From Thermoplasmata archaeon (GTDB lineage Archaea > Thermoplasmatota > Thermoplasmata > Lutacidiplasmatales > UBA184): DNA of 64,000 nucleotides. A model generated the notes under the pieces. That model did not search any database, was not told where the DNA came from, and saw nothing but the letters and a program-made list of their open reading frames with translations. Positions 1-8,995 of this stretch are shown piece after piece (the first letter of the stretch is position 1; every line of letters starts with the position of its first letter). Made by a program: the position numbers and the translations under genes. Where the stretch lies: contig JAKACD010000005.1 of NCBI GenBank assembly GCA_021821785.1, forward strand, positions 484 to 64,483. The letters are read 5' to 3'.

Positions 1-60
1 TTCGCACTTTCCGAAGAAGTAAGGGGACGCAGAGCCGGGGTCGGCGGAAGGGAGCATATC

Positions 61-624
61 ATGACCAACCGAGGGGCTCGGGCCTCGGGACCGAAGCAAA
101 AATCCCCGGGGCGCAGCATCTCGGAAGTGGACTTGGCGAGGGCGTGGATCCAGTGGCTCGTGGAGACGCGAAAGGGCTACCTGGAGAAGTTGCTGGAGTT
201 GCCGCCGAAGGAACGCCTCCGGGATCGGGGCGCGTCCTTCCCTTCGATTCAGGATATCTTCCTTCACATCCTCGACAACAACGTTTGGTGGCTCGATAGC
301 GTTCCCCGGAATCGCCAGGAATCCCATACCGAGGTGAAGGGAAATCTGTCGCCGTCCGAAATACGGCGAGCGGCGGGTCGCATCGGCCGTGCCAGTCAGG
401 CCCTGGCGAAGTCGCTGACCCCGGCCCGACTCGATCAGAGTTTCGTTGTCCGAGGAGAGCAGGGGAACGGCAAACTGTTTGAAATGAGGTCGAACCTTCG
501 TACTATCATCTGGCACCTGATCGAGGAAGAGCTCCAGCACCGCGGCGAAATGAACGCCCTCTTCTGGCAGATGGATGTCGAGGCTCCGACGCGCGCGTGG
601 TTCAGCAGCGCGTTGGCGGCGTGA
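61..624 (+). CDS. DinB/YfiT-like family protein
   Basis: 187-aa ORF with SIQDIFLHI and HLIEEELQHRGEMNALFWQM, matching the DinB His metal-binding pattern. Confidence 0.8.
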   Translation: MTNRGARASGPKQKSPGRSISEVDLARAWIQWLVETRKGYLEKLLELPPKERLRDRGASFPSIQDIFLHILDNNVWWLDSVPRNRQESHTEVKGNLSPSEIRRAAGRIGRASQALAKSLTPARLDQSFVVRGEQGNGKLFEMRSNLRTIIWHLIEEELQHRGEMNALFWQMDVEAPTRAWFSSALAA

Positions 625-894
625 AGTGGGTCCGCTCTGACGGAGCAGATGATCGATCGAGGAAATCGAGGGAGACCTTGCCGGGTCGAGGCTCGTGGTC
701 GTCTATCGCCCCGATGGCCCAAGGACCCGGGTCGACGCCTCGGGGACATTCAATGCAAGGCGAAACCCCCGGGGCCGCATGCGGGCGGCGGGCCGCCGCG
801 ACATGTTTCCGTACCGTCAAGGAACCGGCGCGGATTAGGATCCCCGACACGGAGGGCTCAGCCGCCGGGGTCTCTCCTTGGAAAGCCGTGGAAA

Positions 895-966
895 TGGACA
901 CGGGGGGATTTGAACCCCCGACCTCTGCTTTGCGAAAGCAGCGATCTTCCGCTGATCTACGTGCCC
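895..966 (-). tRNA. tRNA-Ala (anticodon CGC), no intron, CCA not encoded
   Basis: Reverse complement GGGCACGTAGATCAGCGGAAGATCGCTGCTTTCGCAAAGCAGAGGTCGGGGGTTCAAATCCCCCCGTGTCCA folds as a cloverleaf with the G3:U70 alanine determinant. Confidence 0.95.
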
Positions 967-1032
967 GCGGAAGGCGGGGAGGTCCGGGCTCGCTTAAAGT
1001 TTGGGTCCTCGGCCCGCCGGGCCCGCTCGGGT

Positions 1033-1593
1033 TCAATGCTCGTGCTTCAGCACGCGCGTGAACCGGGCGAGCTCGACCAGGTGGTCACGGATGAACTTTC
1101 GGCTGACCTCGTCCGTCAGACGGCCCTGAGCATCGAACTTCGGGGCGCAGAAGGGGACCATCACTTCGGGCCGATTGATCGGGAACATATTGATGAAGAC
1201 CATCGACTGGCGCAGCTCGTACTGAGCCCGCGCGCCGGCGATCATGCCGGTGGAGGCGCTCATGATCCCCGCCGGCTTTCCGTTCCAGGCGTTGTCGTTG
1301 TGCGGGCGCGAGCACCAGTCGATGACGTTCTTCTCGGCGGCCGAGAGCCCGTAGTTGTGCTCGTTGATCGAGAAGAGGACCGCGTCGGCCGCCCGGACCT
1401 TCTCCTTGAAGCGGCGGACGACCTCGGGCGGGTTCGTCTCGTCGTCCTGGTTGAAGAGCGGGAAGCCGCGGATGTCGGCGATCTCGATATGGACCTCGGA
1501 GGGCGCGAGTTCGGCCGCCGCGTGGAGCAGCCCGAGGCTGTAGGCGTTCTTTCGCAAGCTGCCGGGAACCCCAAGGATCCGAAGCTCGGTCAT
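1033..1593 (-). CDS. NADPH-dependent FMN reductase (ChrR/SsuE-like flavoprotein)
   Basis: Start MTELRILGVPGSLRKNAYS; NEHNYG, KNVIDW, GKPAGIMSAS and GARAQYELRQ motifs. Confidence 0.9.
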   Translation of the reverse strand: MTELRILGVPGSLRKNAYSLGLLHAAAELAPSEVHIEIADIRGFPLFNQDDETNPPEVVRRFKEKVRAADAVLFSINEHNYGLSAAEKNVIDWCSRPHNDNAWNGKPAGIMSASTGMIAGARAQYELRQSMVFINMFPINRPEVMVPFCAPKFDAQGRLTDEVSRKFIRDHLVELARFTRVLKHEH

Positions 1594-1681
1594 GGGCAGG
1601 ACGCCTTCGACAACGCCGCGCGGAGATTTAGCCCCCACGATGCGCGACGCAACGAGGAGGCGCGGGGGCGACCGCGAGCCG

Positions 1682-2305
1682 TTAGGCGTTGATCGAGGCG
1701 AGACCGGCCGTCCGCGAGCCGGGGTCGACCGGGACCGCCTCGGACTTACCGGCCCGTGCGACGGACGGGGCATTGCCGGTCGGGGTCGCCGGCCCGCCCG
1801 ACGGGGGTGGGCGGTTCGCCCCGGGGCGGCTGGAGGGCCGCCGGACCATCACGAGGCGGCGGTGGTCCGTGTCGTAGCGGAAGAGGTCGGCGTACCGCCC
1901 CCAGTTGACGATGTTCTGCACGGCCTCCTCGGCCGGCGCGGTCGTCAGGGAGATGATCTGGCCGAGCTCCTCGTCGGAGAGGCAGTGCTCGGGCGCGCTC
2001 TCGAGCGCCCGCAGGAGCGTCCGGAAGAGCGTGGTCCGCTTGAGCTGGTCTCGCAGGATCGACTTCCGCTCCCGGATTGTGCCGCCCGCGAGCCGCTTTC
2101 CGAGGTCGGTGAAGACGACCCGACCGTCGCTCACCTTCACGAAGTCGAGGACCTCGGCGAACTCGAGCGAGGGGAGGATCTCGTCGATCTCGAGGTCGAG
2201 GTCGTCGGCGAGCAGCGCGACGTCCTCGGCGCCCTTGTGGGAGTTGAGGAGCACCAGGAGCCCCATCATCTCGGTGGGGCTCGCCTTGGGGTATGCGGTC
2301 GGCAC
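1682..2305 (-). CDS. Stand-alone AAA-associated C-terminal domain protein of NitT/TauT-type ABC system
   Basis: LADDLDLEIDEILP...E.LDF and NIVNWGRYADLFRYD motifs; directly downstream of the ATPase. Confidence 0.8.
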   Translation of the reverse strand: MPTAYPKASPTEMMGLLVLLNSHKGAEDVALLADDLDLEIDEILPSLEFAEVLDFVKVSDGRVVFTDLGKRLAGGTIRERKSILRDQLKRTTLFRTLLRALESAPEHCLSDEELGQIISLTTAPAEEAVQNIVNWGRYADLFRYDTDHRRLVMVRRPSSRPGANRPPPSGGPATPTGNAPSVARAGKSEAVPVDPGSRTAGLASINA

Positions 2306-2354
2306 GGTTCGACTCGGGGGAATCCTCCCTACGCGGGGTCCGGACTATAAGCGT

Positions 2355-3161
2355 TTATCCCACGGGGGAGGCCCCTCCGTCCCCCGACGGCCCTCCCGCC
2401 GGTGGACCCCCCTGGGTGATCAGGGAGTAAACCCGGTCGGTGAGGTCGTAGAACGCCGCCGATTTCCGGTCGCGGGGACGGGGGAGATTGACCGCTACCT
2501 CGGCGAGGAGGTGCCCCGGGCGGCGAGAGAGGACGATGACCCGGTCGGCGAGCTCGATCGCCTCTTCGATGTTGTGGGAGACCAGGAGGACCGCTTCGGG
2601 TGGTAGCTGCGGGTCGCGCCAGAGTTGGAGCACCTCGTCCCGGAGGTTCGCGGCCGTGAGCGGATCGAGGGCGCTGAACGGCTCGTCCATGAGCAGCACC
2701 GCCGGCTCCACCGCCAGGGCCCGGGCCAAGCCGACCCGCTGGCGCATCCCCCCCGAGAGCTCCCGCGGATAGGCCTCCTGGAATCCATCGAGCCCGATGA
2801 CGGAGATGTACCGCTCGACCTGCGGGGCGATCCGCTCGGGCGGCCAGCCCAGCGCCTCGAGCCCGAACGCCACGTTCTGGGCGACCGTGAGCCAGGGGTA
2901 GAGGGCGAAGTTCTGGAAGACCATCGCCATCTGGCGGCAGACCTGGTCGACCGCCTGGTCCCGAAAGAAGATCTGTCCCTTCGTGGGCCGGTCAAGGCCC
3001 TGGATCAACCGCAGGAGGGTCGACTTGCCGCACCCCGACGGCCCCACGATCGCAAGGAAGTCCGAGTCCTTGACCGCGAAGCTGATGTCCTGCATGATCG
3101 AGATCGAGGTATGCCGGGACGCGAAGCTCTTCGAGACGTGCTCGACCCGGATCAGCGCCAT
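2355..3161 (-). CDS. NitT/TauT family ABC transporter ATP-binding protein
   Basis: Walker A GPSGCGKST, signature LSGGMRQRV, Walker B LLMDEPFSALD. Confidence 0.93.
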   Translation of the reverse strand: MALIRVEHVSKSFASRHTSISIMQDISFAVKDSDFLAIVGPSGCGKSTLLRLIQGLDRPTKGQIFFRDQAVDQVCRQMAMVFQNFALYPWLTVAQNVAFGLEALGWPPERIAPQVERYISVIGLDGFQEAYPRELSGGMRQRVGLARALAVEPAVLLMDEPFSALDPLTAANLRDEVLQLWRDPQLPPEAVLLVSHNIEEAIELADRVIVLSRRPGHLLAEVAVNLPRPRDRKSAAFYDLTDRVYSLITQGGPPAGGPSGDGGASPVG

Positions 3162-3197
3162 CCTATCCCTCCGCGCGACCGACCTCGTCCCGGCCCC

Positions 3198-4808
3198 TCA
3201 ATCGTACCGGTACTGAGTGACGGCCCGGCGGTAGAGCGGCTTCCATATGACCTCATTGATGGTGATGACCGTCGCGACGAGCGTGAGCAGGGCGACCGCC
3301 ATCAATGCGTAGCCGCTCGACTGAAGTTGCTGGCCGATATCGATCAGCTGCCCGATCCCGAGCACGCTGAGCTGCTGGCCGTTCTCGAGGTTGAGGTACT
3401 CCGCGACGATGAGCGTGTTCCAGCCGCCCCCGAACGCGGTGATCGACCCGGTCACGAGCGCGGGGAAGATACCCGGTAAGAGCACCCGACGATAGAAGCT
3501 CCGCCCTTTGACCCCGTAGGCGTGGGCCGCCTCCACGAGGTCGGGGGGCAGCGCGCGCACTCCCGACAGTAGGTTGAAGAACAGGTACCAGAGCATCCCG
3601 GTCAGCAGCATGAGGACCGAGGCGCCATTCGGCGAAAGGTACGGCACGAGCCCGAAGATGATCACCGGGAAGAGCGCCGTGGCCGGGAACGACGCGACCA
3701 CCTCGATCACGGGCAGGCCGTAGCGGCTCGCCCGGGAGCTTCGCGCCGTGTGGATCGCGAGCGGCAGAGCGATCGCGAGACAGATCGCGTACGCCCCCAC
3801 GACCCGGAGGATCGAAGCTCCCATGGCCAGGGGGACGAGGGCGATCTCCTGACGGGGGTAGGCCTGGATCGGCGCCGTGAAGACGTCAAAGATCGCGACG
3901 ACCATCGTGATGAGCAATAGCCAGATGAGTACGAGCATCGCTCCGAGGGTCACGTAGTAGATGGCCGAGCGACGACGGGGGCTCGGCGTGCGTCCCGGAC
4001 GGACGGTGATCGCGGCGAGCTGGACGAACGGGGTACTGATCCGCGAGACCCCCGTACGGACCCCGCGGGTGACCAGGGTCGTCGCCCGGCGGAAGCGGCC
4101 GGCCTGAAACGGGGCCGCCCCGACCTCGCCGCCCTCGCCCGAGGGGCTCTGGTCGTAGCGGAACCGTTCCGCCCAGCGCCCGAGGGGTCTCCACACGAAG
4201 AAGTCGAGCAGCGCGATGACGAGGACCAGGAGCACGATCCCCGCGAGGAACTCGCTCAGGTTCCCGTGCTGGGCGGAGACGAGGAGGTAGCTCCCGATCC
4301 CCGGGAGCGTGAAGTTCGAGTTGGTCGTGCTGAAGATCTCGGCCTCGACGAGGAAGAACCAGCCCGCCGTCCAGGAAAGCACGGAGTTGTAGACGAGACG
4401 GTTGACCGTGGCGGGGAAGAGCACCCGTCGGAAGAGCAGGTAGCCCCGGAGGCCGAACGTGTCGGCCGCCTCCTTGAGGTCCCCGGGGAGCGTCTTCAGC
4501 GACTCGTAGACGCCGAAGACCATGTTCCAGGCCATCGAGGTGAAGATGAGGAACACCGACGCGAAGTTCGGTCCGAAGAAGCTACCGGGGGTCGCCTCGG
4601 CAAAGATCGCGATCGCGAACGGAAAGAACCCGAGGATTGGGATCGACTGGAGGATGTCCAGCACCGGGATCATCACGCGCTCGCCGCCCCGGTGTGTCGC
4701 TGCGTAGTAGCCGTACGCGAGCGAGAACGCGAGCGAGAGCGCGTACGCGGCGACCATCCGCAGGAACGAGAAGGTGACGTCGACGCTCGCGAGGGGGAGG
4801 AAGTCCAC
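3198..4808 (-). CDS. NitT/TauT family ABC permease with duplicated BPD_transp_1 domain; true start probably further upstream
   Basis: LDILQSIPILGFFP, two EAA loops (DLKEAADTFG, DLVEAAHAYG), GGGWNTLIVAEY; hydrophobic reading frame continues to about 4910. Confidence 0.88.
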   Translation of the reverse strand: MDFLPLASVDVTFSFLRMVAAYALSLAFSLAYGYYAATHRGGERVMIPVLDILQSIPILGFFPFAIAIFAEATPGSFFGPNFASVFLIFTSMAWNMVFGVYESLKTLPGDLKEAADTFGLRGYLLFRRVLFPATVNRLVYNSVLSWTAGWFFLVEAEIFSTTNSNFTLPGIGSYLLVSAQHGNLSEFLAGIVLLVLVIALLDFFVWRPLGRWAERFRYDQSPSGEGGEVGAAPFQAGRFRRATTLVTRGVRTGVSRISTPFVQLAAITVRPGRTPSPRRRSAIYYVTLGAMLVLIWLLLITMVVAIFDVFTAPIQAYPRQEIALVPLAMGASILRVVGAYAICLAIALPLAIHTARSSRASRYGLPVIEVVASFPATALFPVIIFGLVPYLSPNGASVLMLLTGMLWYLFFNLLSGVRALPPDLVEAAHAYGVKGRSFYRRVLLPGIFPALVTGSITAFGGGWNTLIVAEYLNLENGQQLSVLGIGQLIDIGQQLQSSGYALMAVALLTLVATVITINEVIWKPLYRRAVTQYRYD

Positions 4809-5170
4809 GAACCCTCCGAGCGACGAGCCAAGTGAGGCGGCGTAGGCCGCTGCGGCGACCGGGACCGCGAGGTAGATCGCCGCCGACCGCCAGGCGGGGG
4901 GGAACTTCAGGGGGGACCGGACCCGATGCGCGTCGCCCGCGGCCTCCTCGCTCCGGGGGTCAGTGACCCCCGTCGTCGCTCCCGGACCCTCGACCCGGCG
5001 GACCGTAACTCCCCCTCGCCATGCGTTCGGTCGGGCATGGACCGGGGTGCGACGGCGCTGGCATATTTGTGGAGTATGGTGGAATCGGGCGCTCCCTCAG
5101 CCAGAGGAGGCCCGCGCCGCCGCTCCGCCCGCGGCAACGTTTATCAACGGCCCGACGCTGGCCGACGCGT

Positions 5171-5277
5171 AGCCCCGTAGTGTAGTGGCCAATCATGCGA
5201 GACTCTGGATCTCGCGACGCAGGTTCGAACGCCGCGGGTACACGCGGATCCCACGGCCGGAACTCCTGCCGGGGCTA
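5171..5277 (+). tRNA. tRNA-Gln (anticodon CTG) with 34-nt BHB intron in the T-loop (59/60), intron 5230-5263
   Basis: AGCCCCG/CGGGGCT acceptor stem; anticodon arm CGAGA-CTCTGGA-TCTCG; removing 5230-5263 restores GCAGG-TTCGAAT-CCTGC. Confidence 0.92.
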
Positions 5278-5304
5278 CTTTCTGCGACCTCTCCCTCTCA
5301 TCGT

Positions 5305-5449
5305 GCGGGGGTGCTCCAGCTCGGCCAAACCGTTCTCCGAGAACGGGGCCACCGAGGCAGGGCTTAGGACCCTGTTGCCTAGGGCATGCGCCGGTTCAAA
5401 GGGCCGATCGGCGGTCGCCGCCGACGGCCGGGAACTCCGGCCCCCCGCA
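5305..5449 (+). tRNA. tRNA-Leu (anticodon TAG) with two BHB introns: D-arm 21/22 (5329-5352) and T-loop 59/60 (5401-5435)
   Basis: GCGGGGG/CCCCCGC acceptor stem; CAGGG-CTTAGGA-CCCTG anticodon arm; long variable arm; splicing restores D-stem CTC/GAG and GCCGG-TTCAAAT-CCGGC. Confidence 0.9.
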
Positions 5450-5479
5450 CCTGGCTAGTCCTCCCCAGGTCCTTCGAAG

Positions 5480-6385
5480 ATGCACGCGACCGAGGTCCTG
5501 ACGCCCGAGGAGATCCTCGCCCTGGACCCAGAAGGGGCCGACCGTCTGCTCGATGCCCTCGAGCGAACGGTACCGGTACGGTCGCCGCTCCTTCCGATCC
5601 CGTCCCGCCCGAACGCCGAGCTTCTCGTCTTCGGGGATACCCACGGGGACTGGCGTTCGACCCTCGCCGCGGTCGAGATGGCCTCCGCTCCCGGGACCGA
5701 GCGATGGCTGCTCGGCTTGGGCGATTATGTTGACCGGGCTCCGGACGACCTCCCGAACGGCTCGGTTGCGAACGCGCTGCATCTTCTCTCCCTCGCGGCG
5801 CGCTATCCGGAGCGGGTCTACCTGCTCCAAGGGAATCACGAGACCTCCCGCCGGATTCCTTGCTATCCGCACAATTTGCCGGAGGAGGTCGACGACCTCT
5901 GGGGGCCCGAGGCCGAACGGTACCACCGCCTGGTCGGGCTACTCGAGCGGGGTGCGTACGCAGCCGTGACCGAAAGCGGCGCCTACCTCGCCCACGCGGG
6001 GTTTCCCCGCACCCTGCCGTCCGGATCCTGGCGGTCGGCTTTCGAGGCGATGGATGACGACCGCCTTTCCGAGATCGTCTGGGCCGAGTGCGACGCCTCC
6101 CGCATCCGTCGCGGCGCCGCCCCGTCCTGGGGGGCGCAGGCGCTCTCGGAGTTCCTTGGGGTGACCGGCCTCGGGGTCGTCCTTCGAGGTCACGACCCGG
6201 ACGTGGTCGGCCGCCCGCTCTACGACGGGCGGTGCCTCACGCTTCACACGACCCGGATCTACGAACGCTACGGAGGGGTCATTGTGGCGGTAGTCCCACT
6301 CGGCCGTCGGCTCGAGAGCGTGAACGATCTCCGGATCGAGCATCTGCTGACGGAAGGGCGGTCGTACACGGACGACCGGGACTGA
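5480..6385 (+). CDS. PPP-family serine/threonine protein phosphatase (metallophosphoesterase)
   Basis: GDTHGD, LGDYVDR, QGNHE, AHAG and RGHD motifs. Confidence 0.88.
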   Translation: MHATEVLTPEEILALDPEGADRLLDALERTVPVRSPLLPIPSRPNAELLVFGDTHGDWRSTLAAVEMASAPGTERWLLGLGDYVDRAPDDLPNGSVANALHLLSLAARYPERVYLLQGNHETSRRIPCYPHNLPEEVDDLWGPEAERYHRLVGLLERGAYAAVTESGAYLAHAGFPRTLPSGSWRSAFEAMDDDRLSEIVWAECDASRIRRGAAPSWGAQALSEFLGVTGLGVVLRGHDPDVVGRPLYDGRCLTLHTTRIYERYGGVIVAVVPLGRRLESVNDLRIEHLLTEGRSYTDDRD

Positions 6386-6462
6386 GCCCGGTCGTCCGCG
6401 GTGCATTCGGCTCGCACCACCGCCCGGGGAGATGCCCCCGCGCGGACCGAGCGCCTCCTCGC

Positions 6463-7038
6463 CTAAGCCCCTCCGAACAACCGCCGCTCCTCGGCGAGGA
6501 CCGAGGGGGCGCTCCGCGCCCGTTGGTATGCCTCCAGGCGCTCGCGATTGATCTCGAAGAACGCGTTTCCGCCGGGGAAGCCCGCCAGCATCGCCCGTGC
6601 CGACCCCGCCTCGCCGAGCAGGTAGAGCCCGGCGGCGAGCGCCTCCGCCGTGTTGAGCTCGCCCACCCGACCGTAGTGCTGCGGGTTCGCCGCGAGCAGG
6701 AGCGGCAGGCGTCGGTGGACGCCGCCCCTCGGAAGGCCGCGTTCCGAGCCCCCGAACGATCCGCGTTCCGACAGGCGGTTCCAGGAGCAGTCGACCGCGA
6801 GGAGACCTCCCCGCACCGCGGTCGCCCGGTCCCGCGCCGAGAGGGGCGCCGGGGCGAACGGGTCCAGGACGATCGGCGGGAACCCCCGCTCGTTCGTCCG
6901 GTGGAACGGGTCCGCGAGCCCTCGGTAGAGGAGGCGCCGTCCCGTGCAGCGCTTCGGGTGGTCGTCGCCGACGACCAGCACGAGGCGCCGGACGGGCGCC
7001 CTAGGCCGGGGGCTGGGCGTACTCTCGGAAGATCGCAT
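6463..7038 (-). CDS. tsr3: SSU rRNA aminocarboxypropyltransferase Tsr3 (DUF367 family)
   Basis: [41 protein letters not shown] and [12 protein letters not shown] motifs. Confidence 0.9.
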   Translation of the reverse strand: MRSSESTPSPRPRAPVRRLVLVVGDDHPKRCTGRRLLYRGLADPFHRTNERGFPPIVLDPFAPAPLSARDRATAVRGGLLAVDCSWNRLSERGSFGGSERGLPRGGVHRRLPLLLAANPQHYGRVGELNTAEALAAGLYLLGEAGSARAMLAGFPGGNAFFEINRERLEAYQRARSAPSVLAEERRLFGGA

Positions 7039-7975
7039 GCAGCTCGCGGGTCAGGCGGAGCGCCTCGGCCCGGGGGCGCTGCCAGAGGTTACGGCCGAAG
7101 ATAATCCCGGTGGCGCCGGCGTCCATCGAGGCCCGGACCTTCGCGAGCAGCTCCGTGTCGCCGACCTTCTCGCCCCCCGAGACCAGCACGAGGGTGCGGC
7201 CGGCGCTCTCCACGACCTTGCGGAACGCGTCCCCCGGCGAGAGCCGGAGCGCGTTGTAGGGGGGCGGGCTCTCCGCGTCCTTCTCGGAGGCGACCGGATA
7301 GTTCACCTTCACGATGTCGGCGCCGAGCTCGAGCGCGACCCGCGCCGCATAGTCGACCGCGTAGAGGCTCTCCTTCCCGCCCTTCTTCGCAACGGCCTCC
7401 CCGCGCGGGTACGCCCAGACGACCACCGGCATCCCGAACCGGTCGGCCTCCCGCCGCACCTCCATGAACTGCCGAAAGTCCCGGTCCTGGGCGGGCGAGC
7501 CGACGTAGACCGTGTAGCCGACCGCGTCGGCCCCGAGCCGGACCGCGTCCTCCACGGTCCCGGTCAGCGGGCTGAACGCCTGGTTGTCCGAGGGGATGGT
7601 GGTCTTGCCGTTCAGCTTCAGGATGAGCGGGACGTCCCCCGCGAACTCGTGGCCGTACTTCTCGGCGAGTCCGATGTGGAGGGCGATCGCACTGAACTTC
7701 CCCTCGTGGGCGAGCTCGTACTGGTAGTGAGGGTCGAGCGACTCCGGGTTCGAGAAGAAGTCGATCGGGCCGTGCTCGAGCCCCTGGTCGATCGGAAGGA
7801 CGAGCAGGGTCCCACCCCCCGGGCCGTGGTCGTAGAGGAGGCGCTTCAGTCGGGTGCGCTTCCCGGGGGAAAGCCCGAGCCGGGAGAGCGCGGGTCGGGG
7901 GAATCGGCGGGGGGACACGGGGCCGCCACCGGGGGCGGTGGAAGCCGGAATGGAGCGGAGGCTGGAGTCGCTCAT
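7001..7975 (-). CDS. Class I fructose-bisphosphate aldolase (DhnA/FbaB family)
   Basis: [37 protein letters not shown] (Schiff-base Lys), SGG and IFGRNLWQR. Confidence 0.9.
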   Translation of the reverse strand: MSDSSLRSIPASTAPGGGPVSPRRFPRPALSRLGLSPGKRTRLKRLLYDHGPGGGTLLVLPIDQGLEHGPIDFFSNPESLDPHYQYELAHEGKFSAIALHIGLAEKYGHEFAGDVPLILKLNGKTTIPSDNQAFSPLTGTVEDAVRLGADAVGYTVYVGSPAQDRDFRQFMEVRREADRFGMPVVVWAYPRGEAVAKKGGKESLYAVDYAARVALELGADIVKVNYPVASEKDAESPPPYNALRLSPGDAFRKVVESAGRTLVLVSGGEKVGDTELLAKVRASMDAGATGIIFGRNLWQRPRAEALRLTRELHAIFREYAQPPA

Positions 7976-8110
7976 GGGAGGACCTCGGGCCGAGCACCGG
8001 CTCGCGCGATTTAACAGTTGGTCTCCTCGACCGGTGGGCCGCCCCCGGCCGAGGATTTATCCCCCGCCCTCCCGTAGCACGGAGCGGCAGGAACGGGATC
8101 CCTCGGGTCG

Positions 8111-8995
8111 ATGCGTCCCCAGGTCGTCATCATCGCAACGGTCGTGCTCAACGCGCTGCTGTTCGTGGCGAACCTGATCATCGCTCGCCTCTCGAACAGC
8201 GACGCCGTACTCGCCCAGGCGATTTACACGATCACCGACCTGGTCGGCTCCGCGCTCCTCCTGTGGGGGCTCTATCTCTCCCGCTTGCCGGCCGACTACC
8301 TCTACCCCTTCGGCCGGGGGAAGGAGCGGTTCTTCTGGGCGTTCGCCTCGATCCTCGTCACGTTCACGACCGCGGGGATCATCGCCATCGTCGCGGGCTT
8401 CGACCAGGCGCTTGCCCCGAAGCCGATCTCCCACATCGGCTTCGCGCTCGCGGTGGTCGTCGTCTCGCTCCTCGTCAGCATCGGCGGCATCTCGATCACC
8501 CTGCGCGAGCTGCGGATCGGCCGCCAGACGCTCCGGGCACTCCTCGAGTCGGCGAACCAGGGGCTCAAGTCGATCTTCTACCAGGACCTCGTCACGATCG
8601 CCGGTTGTGCCGTCGCGGTCGGGGGGCTCACGGTCGTCTACCGGACCGGGCTCGACTACGTCGACGGGCTCACTGCGATCCTCGAGGGGTTCCTCCTCGT
8701 CGCGACCGGCTTCGTCCTGACCGCAGAGAGCCGGGAGTATCTCATCGGGCGGGCGCTCGACCCCGGGGTCGCCCGGGAGATCCTGCATCTCGTCGAGCAC
8801 GACGCCCGGGTCGCGCGCGTGCGCAGCCTGCAATCGATGATCCTGGGCCCCGAGGATGCCCTCCTCGCCCTAAGGATCAACTTCCGGGACGGGCTCACGA
8901 CCGACCAGATCGAGCGTACGGTCGATGAGGTCGGGCAGTCGCTGAAGGAGCACTACCCGATGCTCAGGCACATCGTCATCGAACCGGAGTCCTGA
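8111..8995 (+). CDS. Cation diffusion facilitator (CDF) family transporter
   Basis: Six TM segments, YPFGRGKERFFWAF motif, C-terminal dimerisation domain ending HIVIEPES. Confidence 0.88.
   Translation: MRPQVVIIATVVLNALLFVANLIIARLSNSDAVLAQAIYTITDLVGSALLLWGLYLSRLPADYLYPFGRGKERFFWAFASILVTFTTAGIIAIVAGFDQALAPKPISHIGFALAVVVVSLLVSIGGISITLRELRIGRQTLRALLESANQGLKSIFYQDLVTIAGCAVAVGGLTVVYRTGLDYVDGLTAILEGFLLVATGFVLTAESREYLIGRALDPGVAREILHLVEHDARVARVRSLQSMILGPEDALLALRINFRDGLTTDQIERTVDEVGQSLKEHYPMLRHIVIEPES

Noticed and set aside
625-894. Structured ncRNA (SRP or RNase P RNA) in the gap before tRNA-Ala
   Set aside because: No SRP helix-8 or RNase P conserved motifs recognised; the pairing potential is explained by high GC
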